Numbered from the stretch's first letter, positions 1 through 7,952 are shown. The stretch: DNA of 32,000 nt from Delftia acidovorans NBRC 14950 (GCF_001598795.1 NZ_BCZP01000035.1:1-32000); one strand, 5' to 3'. Numbers and translations are program-made. Notes: generated by a model not told the origin, from the letters alone.

Positions 1-880
1 GTCACCGGCGTGGAAGGCGTCGATGCGCAATCCGTCGTGCAACCCGCCGTCGGATTGACGGGGTTGATGCCGCCCGACGGATCGTAGGAGGCCGTGTTGG
101 TGCTCGAACCCACAGCCGTCGGAACAGCCGGCAGGTTGAAGCTGGTGCTGCCACCGGCTGCGACCGAGGTCGTGAAGTTCACCGTACACGTCAGGACGGC
201 GCTGCCATTGCCCGCAAACGGGAAGGCGTTGGGTGTGCAGGTTGCACTGGCCACGTTTGCGCCGGTCGGCACGCCCGTGATGCTGATGCCTGCCGGCACC
301 AGGTCCTTGATGGTCACGCTGTTGGCGGGACCAAAGGCACTGGCCGCATTCGCTACCGTGAAGGCGTAGTTGAACGCAGTCCCCACAGCCAAGCTGCCGG
401 GGTTGGCCTTGCTGACCGTCAGCGTGGGCGAACCAGGGTTGACTGGGGTGGCGGGCGTCGACGAGCAGTCCGTCGTGCAACCTGCCGTCGGATTGACCGG
501 GCTGGTACCACCGGACGGATCATAGGAAGCCGTGTTCGTGCTCGAACCCACAGCCGTCGGAACAGCCGGCAGGTTGAAGCTGGTGTTGCCACCGGCTGCG
601 ACCGAAGCCGTGAAGTTCACCGTGCACGTCAGGACAGTGCTGCCATTGCCCGTAAACGGGAAGGTGTTGGGCTTGGGCGAGCAGTCCACACTGGCCACGT
701 TCACACCTGTCGGCGCACCCGTGATGCGGATACCTGCAGGCACCAGATCCTTGATGGTCACGCTGGTTGCAGGACCGAGGGCGCTCGCCGCATTCGCTAC
801 CGTGAAGGTGTAGTTGAAGGGCGAACCTACGGCCAGGCTGCCTGGGTTGGCCTTGGTGACACTGAGGTTCACCACGCTCA
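1..880 (-). repeat. Tandem in-frame coding repeat, 438-bp period (146 aa): two DUF11-type units plus a Cys-containing linker, the first unit truncated by the window edge.
   Basis: tccgtcgtgcaac occurs at 31 and again at 469, an offset of 438. The plus-strand mirror ORFs 94-369 and 532-813 are near-identical. Each unit ends in YDPSGG.xPVNPTAGCTTDCxSTPxTPVNPG. Confidence 0.85.
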
Positions 881-3800
881 CAAAATGAATTTGTGCGGCG
901 CTTGGCGAATACGCGTTTGCCCCCACGGTGAACGTGCCACCCAGGGTTCCTGCAGGAATGCTGGTGGCGATGCTGTAGGTACCACTTGCTGTGCTGGTGG
1001 CAGTGATCGAGCAGATGCCCAAAGTTGCGCCGCTTGTTCCAGTGGTGCAAGTGGCTGACGCGCCGTCCGCGCCACCGTTCAGCTTCACGCCGGGAGTACC
1101 GGCAAAGGTCACGACCTCGCCGCCCTTGGGGTTGCCACCGGCATCGCGCACATACGCTTCCACCACATCGGTTGCCGTGCCATTTGCAGCCGCGTTGTCG
1201 CTCACGACACGCAGGCCCGAATTGCTTGCCGAGGCATTGCCGGCGACAAAGGCCATCGATTGCGGGCTGTTGCCGATGGCAACTGCCCCCACCGTGGCGG
1301 CAGCCGAGTAAGTCGATGCGGTCACGCTGGTGAACGACACCGAGCAGGTCGCCGCCGCACCAGCAGTCGTGCAGCTGGCGGTGGCAGGTGCCGCTCCGGC
1401 GGGCGTCACGCTGAAGTTCACGGCAACGCCGGTGACCGGATTGCCGAACGCATCCTTGGTGACCACGGAAACGACGTCCTGGCCGCCGCCGGCTGCCTGG
1501 TTGTTCACATCGACCGACATGGTCGAATTGGCGGGATCGACGGCACCTGCCGTAAAGACATAGGCAGCCGTCGCACCGTACGTATTGCCACCGGCGCTGA
1601 CGCCGCTGCCGCTCAATGCGCCGCTCGCGATGCTTGCGCCGGAAGTGTAGGAACCCGCGACGGTTGTCTTGGCGGTGACCTGGCAGGTACCGGCCGCATT
1701 GGTGGTGCAGGTACCGCTGAAGGTGATGTTTGCGGTGGGAGAGAACGTGACAACGCTTCCGGCCACCGGATTGCCGTTGACATCTCCCACAAACGCTTCA
1801 AGCACATCTGTCGCCGAGCCATTGGCCGTGACCGGACTGGTGACGGTACGCACCCCCGACCTGGCGGGGTCGGCGGCATTGGCCGTGAAGTTGATCACGG
1901 CCGGACTGCCGTTTGTCACGCTCTGGGTGGTGGTGCCGTTGTTGTCCGTGGCTGTGAAGCTCGCTGCACCCGCCACGGTGGATGTCACCGTGATGGAGCA
2001 GCGCGCTGGATTCGCATTGGCCGCAATCGTGCAGGAAGTTGCCGACGGCGTGCCGGCGCCGGTATGGACAAAGCCGATGGTGTGGGCGACCGTATCGACG
2101 GTTGCATTGCCATTGGCGTCCTGCAGTGCAACGGTCACCGTGCCGGTGCTCGTACCGTCGGCCATCACCGAGAGCGGCGTGGCACTGAGCAGATTGCCAC
2201 TGGCTGTATTGCTGGGCGGCCCGGCAATGAAGTTGACCGATACCGGACTGCCATTGCTCACGGCCGTTCCGTTGTCCGTTGCCGTGAAACTTGCAGTGCC
2301 GACCGTGGCCGATTTCACCGTCACGGAGCAGGTGGCCGGATTGGCGTTGGCCGCGATCGTGCACGTGGGTGCGGCCGGCGTGGTCGTGCCCACGCCCGTT
2401 TTGGTGAAGACAATCGTGTGCGCCACCGTATCCGTGGCGGGATTGCCATTGGCATCGCGCAGGGCCACGCTGATCGAGCTCGTGGCAGTGTTGTCTGCGA
2501 CAACGCTGAGCGGACTGGCACTGATCAGGTTTCCATTCGCGCCATTGCTGGGCGAGCCGGCCGTGTAGTTCACCACAGCCGTAGCCGTGGCGGCCGAGCC
2601 ATTGATGGTGAAACCAAAGGTGCCACTGCCGACTGCGGTAGGTGCCGTGATGGTTGCCGTGTACACCCCTGCGCTGCACGACCCCGCGCCGACCGCAGGC
2701 GAGCCCTGTGTTCCGCTGTTCAGCGTGAAGGCCACCGTATTGGCACAGGTTGCAATCGAATTGCCTGACACATCCTTGAGCTGCGCCGTCAATGTGCTGG
2801 TTGCGGTGCCATTGGCAATGATCGAGGTCGGACTCGCAACGATGGTCGAGGCACTGGTACTTGGCGGACCCGCCGTGTAGCTCACTGAAGCCGTAGCAAC
2901 TGCAGCAGAGCCGTTGATGGTGAATCCGAAGATCCCGCTGCCGACTGCCGTGGGCGATGTGACGGTGCCCGTATAGATGCCGGCAGTACACGAGGCCGCG
3001 CCCACATTGGGCGTTCCCTGCGTTCCGCCGTTCAGGGTGAATGCCACCGTGTTCGTGCAGGTGTTGATCGGATTGCTGCTGGCATCGATCAGTTGCACGC
3101 GCAGCACGCTGGTGGAGCTGCCGTTGGCCACGATCGATGCCGGTGTGGCGACTATCGTCGATGCACTCGTGCTCGGCGTTGCGGCCACATAGGAGACCGT
3201 TGCGGTGGCAACAGCCGCAGACCCGTTGATGGTGAACCCGAAGGTTCCGCTGCCGACCAGCACCGGCGATGTCACCGTCCCCGTGTACATGCCGGCACTG
3301 CAGCCCGTGACGCTGACGGCAGGAACGCCTTGCGTCCCCGCATTGAGGGTGAAGGCCACCGTATCGGTACAGGTGGTGACAAGGTTGCCTAAAGCATCCT
3401 TCAACTGCACGGCCAAGGTGCTGGTGGAGACGCCGTTGGCCGCAATCGATGGCGGACTCGCGGCGATTTCAGACCCGCTCGTGCTGGCCGGCAGCCCGGT
3501 GAAGCTGTAAGCAACCGGCGAAGGCTGATAGGTCACTGCGCCAGATACCGGACTTCCACCCAATGGAAGATTGGAGAACGTGGCACCAGCGACTGACGAC
3601 GACAAGGTCACGGGTGTGGTGAATGTTCCGGCGACACTGCTGCTGGCATTGATGGGAGACGCGCACTTTCCGCTGGAGTTGGTCGTGCAGCTGACTGCGG
3701 CGGAGCTGCCATTGAACGTGACACCTGCAGGCGGCGCTGCGAAGGTAACGGTGTCACTGCCCCCTGTCCAGGCATTGCCTTGGCCGTCAACAATGTAGAC

Positions 3801-5678
3801 CTCCAGCAAGTCGCTGCTGCCGACAGGTTGATTGTTGGTCGTCGCCAGAACGCCGGATTTCAGGGCACAGGGAAAACCGGTGACGTTTGCCGCCGTTGAA
3901 AGCTGCGAGGTCTGGGCTCCACCGGAATTGCTGTCCGTCACTGTGACTCGCACCTGGCCGCTGAGATACGAAGGAACGGTCAGCGTTCCCGAGGCTCCGG
4001 CCATGGTTTCGGAGCCCAGATAGACCTGCGCATCGTTGACGCCCGCGCCGGTCGGCGACCAAAAGGCTTCCACCGTATACGGTGCCGGCTCGCTCGCATT
4101 GGCATTTGCCGTGATATTGAATGTCCAGGTGCAGGCGGCAGTGTCACTGGCACCAACGCCAAGGGTGGGGGTCCATCCGGTTTGTCCATTGCCCGTCGTC
4201 TGCAAGCTGATGCCTGAGTTTGCAGCCACAGGCACGGAAAACAGCGTGTTCTGAGAAATCTTGAAGAAATCACGCGTAGTGATACGAATGGCACTTCTCG
4301 ACTGGCTTGTCATCTTGTTGTTGCCAATCAATCCTGGTGCCGTACCAGTACCACCGATATTCACCCCGTCCCCGCCGCCAGTGAAGTTGTTATCGGTCAC
4401 CGTCACTACCTGCGTCGTGCCTGAGGCTGCCGTATTCAACGTTGGTGCCGACACATGCATTGGCGATGAAGTGGTATAGGCGGCAATAGGCAGCGAGAAG
4501 GTATTACCCGTCACGGCAAGACCAATTCCATTGTCCAGGTTGATCGCTCCATCAACCGTCACCACGGCCCTGGGATTACTTCCACCAGTCGGGCTCAGTG
4601 CGATATTCGAATTTTTGATCGTCAATCCGTTGACGGTCATGTTCGACATGACCTGGAAGAACTGATCGAGCTGCATTCCCCCGATAGGGTTGGGCAGATT
4701 CGTTACCGTGAAATTATCGACAACAATGTTGGAAACCGTGCCTGTACCGTTGCTTGCAGCAACCGAAATAGCCGAGCCCCTGTTATTGCCGAAATTTCCA
4801 TTCCATATCGCGGAATTGATCGTGCTATTGGTAAAGAATACGTTTTGTGCGCCTTGATGAATCTCCGCGTACAGCTCGCAGTTGAAGGGCGTCCCCTCTC
4901 CCGCAGGGGTTGGCGACACATTCACCAGGCCGACGCGATCAATGGTGACATTGTTCGCCGGGGAGCCAACGACGAATACCGCTTCGCCACAGGTCATGTT
5001 GGGCGAATTGGTGAGCGTGATGTTCTTCCCACCAAGATAAAAAGTTTCCCAGGGGGAGTCCGCCCAGTTCTGGACTTGTATGACTCCCCCGAAATCGATG
5101 GTCAACGAGCCCGTGCCGGCTGGCACGGTGCCTTTGAGCCAGTACCAGGCACCACCGGCACCAGTGGTGGTGCCCGTATCGCCGCCGCTGATCATCTGGG
5201 TTTGACCACAGGCATTGGTGGCTCCCGTCACGGCGCCGGACTGGGCTCCGCTGATGAATGTATTGGCACAGCGCACGTAAACCGTCTGATTGTCGACATA
5301 CGGATGGAGGTTTCCCGCCGCATCCTTGGATGTCCCGCTCTGTATGGTTCGTACCGACGTAGTCAGTGTCGGCGCAAAGACGATGGAAACATCGGCACTC
5401 GGATCCAGCGTTTGCAGCGTGTAGTTGGCTGCCTGAATGGCCGCTCGCAGCGTACATGCACCAGCAAAGGTACCCCCCAGCGTGCTGACACAGGTGGTTG
5501 GTGTCGTTGCATTGGCATTTGGAGCGTCGCTGTTGTCGGTGACCGTGAAAACGATGGTCGCCGCGAGTGCCGTGGATGAAATACCGGCGCACGAAAGCAG
5601 CAGCAACGAGAACAAGTACCTCGCTGCACGCCATTTTCGTAAAAACACCGAACCAGGCAGGCGATCAAGAACGCGCAT
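1..5678 (-). CDS. Giant secreted surface protein/adhesin, 5' portion only (~1890 codons; the 3' end lies beyond position 1). Order: signal peptide, CSLREA-like motif, parallel beta-helix-like region, about 9 Cys-paired Ig-like (Big_1/invasin-type) modules, then DUF11-type repeats.
   Basis: The minus-strand frame with codon first bases at positions = 2 mod 3 is open from ATG 5690 or ATG 5678 down to position 1. TGGGGA lies 7 nt upstream of the second ATG. The track lists no minus ORF in this frame. I hand-translated 5690-3780 continuously and spot-checked 3540-3481, 1740-1681 and 120-1. N-terminus: MRVLDRLPGSVFLRKWRAARYLFSLLLLSCAGISSTALA/ATIVFTVTDNSD, a signal peptide with a possible LLSC lipobox. 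GACTLRAAIQAAN motif at 5424-5459. Repeats such as NITLTNS, NVTIDRV, FFTNSTINSAIWNGN, VVDNFTVTN, LTIKNSNIAL and VTVTDNNFTGG (about 5000-4210) look like a beta-helix. Ig-like modules span about 3830-880. DUF11-like units (LTVSKANPGSLAVG.xFNYxFTVANAAS...VTIKDLVPAGI) span 880-1. Confidence 0.85.
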   Translation of the reverse strand, partial: MRVLDRLPGSVFLRKWRAARYLFSLLLLSCAGISSTALAATIVFTVTDNSDAPNANATTPTTCVSTLGGTFAGACTLRAAIQAANYTLQTLDPSADVSIVFAPTLTTSVRTIQSGTSKDAAGNLHPYVDNQTVYVRCANTFISGAQSGAVTGATNACGQTQMISGGDTGTTTGAGGAWYWLKGTVPAGTGSLTIDFGGVIQVQNWADSPWETFYLGGKNITLTNSPNMTCGEAVFVVGSPANNVTIDRVGLVNVSPTPAGEGTPFNCELYAEIHQGAQNVFFTNSTINSAIWNGNFGNNRGSAISVAASNGTGTVSNIVVDNFTVTNLPNPIGGMQLDQFFQVMSNMTVNGLTIKNSNIALSPTGGSNPRAVVTVDGAINLDNGIGLAVTGNTFSLPIAAYTTSSPMHVSAPTLNTAASGTTQVVTVTDNNFTGGGDGVNIGGTGTAPGLIGNNKMTSQSRSAIRITTRDFFKISQNTLFSVPVAANSGISLQTTGNGQTGWTPTLGVGASDTAACTWTFNITANANASEPAPYTVEAFWSPTGAGVNDAQVYLGSETMAGASGTLTVPSYLSGQVRVTVTDSNSGGAQTSQLSTAANVTGFPCALKSGVLATTNNQPVGSSDLLEVYIVDGQGNAWTGGSDTVTFAAPPAGVTFNGSSAAVSCTTNSSGKCASPINASSSVAGTFTTPVTLSSSVAGATFSNLPLGGSPVSGAVTYQPSPVAYSFTGLPASTSGSEIAASPPSIAANGVSTSTLAVQLKDALGNLVTTCTDTVAFTLNAGTQGVPAVSVTGCSAGMYTGTVTSPVLVGSGTFGFTINGSAAVATATVSYVAATPSTSASTIVATPASIVANGSSTSVLRVQLIDASSNPINTCTNTVAFTLNGGTQGTPNVGAASCTAGIYTGTVTSPTAVGSGIFGFTINGSAAVATASVSYTAGPPSTSASTIVASPTSIIANGTATSTLTAQLKDVSGNSIATCANTVAFTLNSGTQGSPAVGAGSCSAGVYTATITAPTAVGSGTFGFTINGSAATATAVVNYTAGSPSNGANGNLISASPLSVVADNTATSSISVALRDANGNPATDTVAHTIVFTKTGVGTTTPAAPTCTIAANANPATCSVTVKSATVGTASFTATDNGTAVSNGSPVSVNFIAGPPSNTASGNLLSATPLSVMADGTSTGTVTVALQDANGNATVDTVAHTIGFVHTGAGTPSATSCTIAANANPARCSITVTSTVAGAASFTATDNNGTTTQSVTNGSPAVINFTANAADPARSGVRTVTSPVTANGSATDVLEAFVGDVNGNPVAGSVVTFSPTANITFSGTCTTNAAGTCQVTAKTTVAGSYTSGASIASGALSGSGVSAGGNTYGATAAYVFTAGAVDPANSTMSVDVNNQAAGGGQDVVSVVTKDAFGNPVTGVAVNFSVTPAGAAPATASCTTAGAAATCSVSFTSVTASTYSAAATVGAVAIGNSPQSMAFVAGNASASNSGLRVVSDNAAANGTATDVVEAYVRDAGGNPKGGEVVTFAGTPGVKLNGGADGASATCTTGTSGATLGICSITATSTASGTYSIATSIPAGTLGGTFTVGANAYSPSAAQIHFVSVVNLSVTKANPGSLAVGSPFNYTFTVANAASALGPATSVTIKDLVPAGIRITGAPTGVNVASVDCSPKPNTFPFTGNGSTVLTCTVNFTASVAAGGNTSFNLPAVPTAVGSSTNTASYDPSGGTSPVNPTAGCTTDCSSTPATPVNPGSPTLTVSKANPGSLAVGTAFNYAFTVANAASAFGPANSVTIKDLVPAGISITGVPTGANVASATCTPNAFPFAGNGSAVLTCTVNFTTSVAAGGSTSFNLPAVPTAVGSSTNTASYDPSGGINPVNPTAGCTTDCASTPSTPV
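2575..3510 (-). repeat. Three tandem 309-bp (103-aa) near-identical Ig-like module repeats inside the giant surface protein gene.
   Basis: The mirror ORFs at 2587 and 3205 are 618 bp (2 x 309) apart. The translated units are IAASPPSIAANGVSTSTLAVQLKDALGNLVTTCTDTVAFTLNAGTQG...GCSAGMYTGTVTSP..GSGTFGFTINGSAA, IVATPASIVANGSSTSVLRVQLIDASSNPINTCTNTVAFTLNGGTQG..., and IVASPTSIIANGTATSTLTAQLKDVSGNSIATCANTVAFTLNSGTQG... Confidence 0.8.
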
Positions 5679-6296
5679 GATATTCCCCATTTTTTCAAGG
5701 AAATCAGACAGGAAAATATTTTCCCCAATGGCAATGGCCATCAGTTGTACCCAGCGCATTTGCATCGCCGCACCTCGGATAGTTCTATTTGAGTCAAGAA
5801 CTCACAACTCACCTTGCAACCGGTGACATTGGAAGTAACAGGGTTTCGCGCAGATCCTGCGCGTCAATCAAAAAAGGTGGATTTCCATCAGCGCTTGCGC
5901 ACTGCTCCATTGCCCATTGAGCCGGGCACACCTTCAGCCGGGTTTGCGATGCAAATCATTTTTTTCCTCCCTCAACGAACCATATTCACCGTGCTTGTAT
6001 TTTTTCCAGTGGCGGGCCAGTTTCCATAGACCTTCACCTGTGCAACGGTAAGTCGCCTATCCGACAGATATACAACCCATGGTTACCCCATGGAGGTTCA
6101 ATCGATCAGAACATGCGCTGTCAAACCACCACACATACCGATAGGCTAAATCATGTTTTTTTCTATTTCAATAGTTTTTTTCATGAGCCCGAAGGTTTAC
6201 ACCAGCGTTACGAGGGCGGCTCTTGAGCGAATTAGGGAATACCCTGAATCGGCCACACCACATACAGGTAGTAACTGGTGGTATCCCCAGTACGAC

Positions 6297-6325
6297 TGGA
6301 ACCGGCTGCGCAAGCCACATAGAAT
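6297..6325 (+). promoter_or_regulatory. Candidate sigma70-type promoter for the riboswitch-dadA transcript: -35 TGGAAC, 17-nt spacer, -10 TAGAAT.
   Basis: TAGAAT at 6320-6325 lies 6-7 nt upstream of the first riboswitch nucleotides at about 6332. The -35 hexamer matches consensus at only 3 of 6 positions. Confidence 0.3.
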
Positions 6326-6328
6326 CGC

Positions 6329-6523
6329 CCCTGCAGGAGAGCAGGCGGGCACCACGGTGCCGAGCCTCACCGAAGGCGCAAACTCCCATACACGCTCAGG
6401 TTCCGTACTGCAAACACAACATGCCGTCTGGAGAGCCGCCGCACGCAATATGCGGCGCACCGAAGGAGCAAGCCCCGTTCCCATGGACGGCGGTGAATCT
6501 CTCAGGTACCAAGGACAGGGGGA
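6329..6523 (+). promoter_or_regulatory. Tandem (two-aptamer) glycine riboswitch.
   Basis: Aptamer 1 (about 6329-6415): CTGCAGGAGAG, hairpin GGCAC-cacg-GTGCC, CACCGAAGGCGCAA, CTCAGG...ACTGCA. Aptamer 2 (about 6425-6523): TCTGGAGAG, hairpin GCCGCA-cgcaata-TGCGGC, GCACCGAAGGAGCAA, AATCTCTCAGGTACCAAGGACAG. These match the conserved GGAGAG / CACCGAAGGrGCAA / CUCUCAGG..AAGGAC core of the glycine riboswitch family, located 5' of a CDS. Confidence 0.85.
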
Positions 6524-6526
6524 GCG

Positions 6527-6564
6527 GCAGCTGCGTCACGACGGACGCCGGCTGCTTGCTATTG
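6527..6564 (+). promoter_or_regulatory. Candidate riboswitch expression platform: an interrupted GC hairpin with a U-rich tail.
   Basis: GCAGC-t-GCGTC acgacg GACGC-cg-GCTGC, followed by TTGCTATTG. A second hairpin at 6599-6616 (ATGCCTT tgaa AAGGGCAT) would pair the AAGGG Shine-Dalgarno of the ATG at 6621. Confidence 0.3.
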
Positions 6565-6620
6565 AATCCATAGCTACCAGCTTCCGCGTGACCGGCACAT
6601 GCCTTTGAAAGGGCATTGTC

Positions 6621-7952
6621 ATGCGCGTCATCGTTCTCGGAGCCGGCCTGATCGGCACCGCCTCAGCCTACTATCTGCAATCTCTCGGTCATGAAGTGAC
6701 CGTCATCGACCGCCAGGCTGCGCCCGGCGCCGAAACCAGCTTTGCCAACGGCGGGCAGATCTCGGTCAGCCATGCCGAGCCCTGGGCCAACCCCGGCGCA
6801 CCGCTGAAGTTGCTGGGCTGGCTGGGCCGTCAGGATGCCCCCCTGCTGTTCCGCCTGCGCGCCGACATGCGCCAGTGGCTCTGGGGCCTGTCCTTCCTGC
6901 GCAACTGCACGCCCGCGCGCACGCGCCACAACATCCAGCAGATCGTTCGTCTGGGCACATACAGCCGCGAGGCCCTGCAGCAGCTGCGATCGGACACCGG
7001 CATCCAGTACGAGCAGCGCATGCAGGGCATCCTGCACTTCTACACGAACGCCCGCGAGTTCGAGGGTGCGCTCAAGCCCACCGAGCAGATGCAGGCCCTG
7101 GGCTGCGACCGCCGCCTGATCGACGCCGACGAAGCCGTGCGCCTGGAGCCGGCCCTGGCCCATGTGCGCGGGCAGATAGCGGGCGCCACCTATACGGCCG
7201 AGGATGAATCGGGCGACGCCAACCTCTTCACCCGCGAGCTGGCACGCATTGCCACCACCACGGGCGTGCAGTTCCGCCACGGCCACCACGTCATGGCGCT
7301 GCGCACCACGGGTGCGGGCGCCAGCCGCCATATCGACCATGTGGAGGTGACCAATGCCGATGGTCGCTACGAACGCATCCAGGGCGACGCCTATGTGCTG
7401 GCCATGGGCTCGTTCAGCCCGCTGCTGGCCCAGCCGCTGGGGCTGCGCCTGCCCATCTACCCGGCCAAGGGCTACTCCGTGACCCTGCCGGTGCTGGACC
7501 CCGCCAAGGCCTACCAGGTCAGCCTGACGGACGATGAGTTCAAGCTGGTGTTCTCGCGCTACACGGGCGCGCAGGGCGACCGCCTGCGCATTGCCGGCAC
7601 GGCCGAGTTCAACGGCTACGACCGCAACCTGGACCCCGTGCGCTGCGAGGCCATCGTGCGGCGCGTGCAGCAGTTGTTCCCCGGCGCCGGCGATACCGAA
7701 CGCGCGCAATTTTGGAGCGGCCTGCGCCCCGCCACACCCAGCAATGTGCCGCTGATCGGACGCTCGCCCATCGCCAACCTGTTCCTGAACACCGGCCACG
7801 GCACGCTGGGCTGGACCCATGCCTGCGGCTCCGGCATGGCGCTGGCCGACCTGGTCAGCGGCAGGCAGCCGGCCGTGGATTTCGATTTTCTGGGGGCCGC
7901 AGCCATGGACCCGGATCGCAGCGCAGGCACGGTGCGCCCGCGCGCGGTCTGA
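6621..7952 (+). CDS. dadA: FAD-dependent D-amino-acid dehydrogenase family protein (DadA-like). The upstream riboswitch suggests it acts on glycine.
   Basis: 443 aa. The N-terminal Rossmann motif MRVIVLGAGLIGTASAYYL..GHEVTVIDR and the C-terminal FWSGLRPATPSNVPLIG....NLFLNTGHGTLGWTHACGSG are collinear with E. coli DadA as I remember it. AAGGG Shine-Dalgarno lies upstream. Confidence 0.9.
   Translation: MRVIVLGAGLIGTASAYYLQSLGHEVTVIDRQAAPGAETSFANGGQISVSHAEPWANPGAPLKLLGWLGRQDAPLLFRLRADMRQWLWGLSFLRNCTPARTRHNIQQIVRLGTYSREALQQLRSDTGIQYEQRMQGILHFYTNAREFEGALKPTEQMQALGCDRRLIDADEAVRLEPALAHVRGQIAGATYTAEDESGDANLFTRELARIATTTGVQFRHGHHVMALRTTGAGASRHIDHVEVTNADGRYERIQGDAYVLAMGSFSPLLAQPLGLRLPIYPAKGYSVTLPVLDPAKAYQVSLTDDEFKLVFSRYTGAQGDRLRIAGTAEFNGYDRNLDPVRCEAIVRRVQQLFPGAGDTERAQFWSGLRPATPSNVPLIGRSPIANLFLNTGHGTLGWTHACGSGMALADLVSGRQPAVDFDFLGAAAMDPDRSAGTVRPRAV

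Noticed and set aside
94-4479. Many plus-strand ORFs (94-369, 532-813, 1669-2568, 2587-2880, 3205-3510, 4261-4479 and others) with repeated Val/Ala/Pro/Thr-rich products that look like a family of small repeat proteins.
   Set aside because: They are the mirror image of the Thr/Ser/Gly/Ala/Val-rich minus-strand adhesin frame, which is continuously open and has a signal peptide, domain logic and conserved Cys pairs. The plus-strand pieces are interrupted and lack starts with ribosome-binding sites.
5847-5863. The hairpin CGCGCAG-atc-CTGCGCG as an intrinsic terminator.
   Set aside because: On both strands the T-run lies 5' of the stem rather than 3' of it, so it does not have terminator geometry. 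It is kept only as an unexplained structure within the leader finding.
5691-6184. A possible c-di-GMP (GEMM-I) riboswitch in the adhesin leader, suggested by GCAAACC and GCGCAAGC on the minus strand (about 5900-5955).
   Set aside because: Only a 7-nt match to the conserved GGGCAAACC element. The flanking ccggct...ccggct segments are direct repeats, not inverted, so the required P1b/P2 hairpins and tetraloop-receptor cannot form.
6153-6608. A 151-aa plus-strand ORF (and 6223-6573) upstream of dadA.
   Set aside because: It is entirely overlaid by the tandem glycine riboswitch and its leader. The amino-acid sequence has no features, and the conserved nucleotides are explained by RNA structure.
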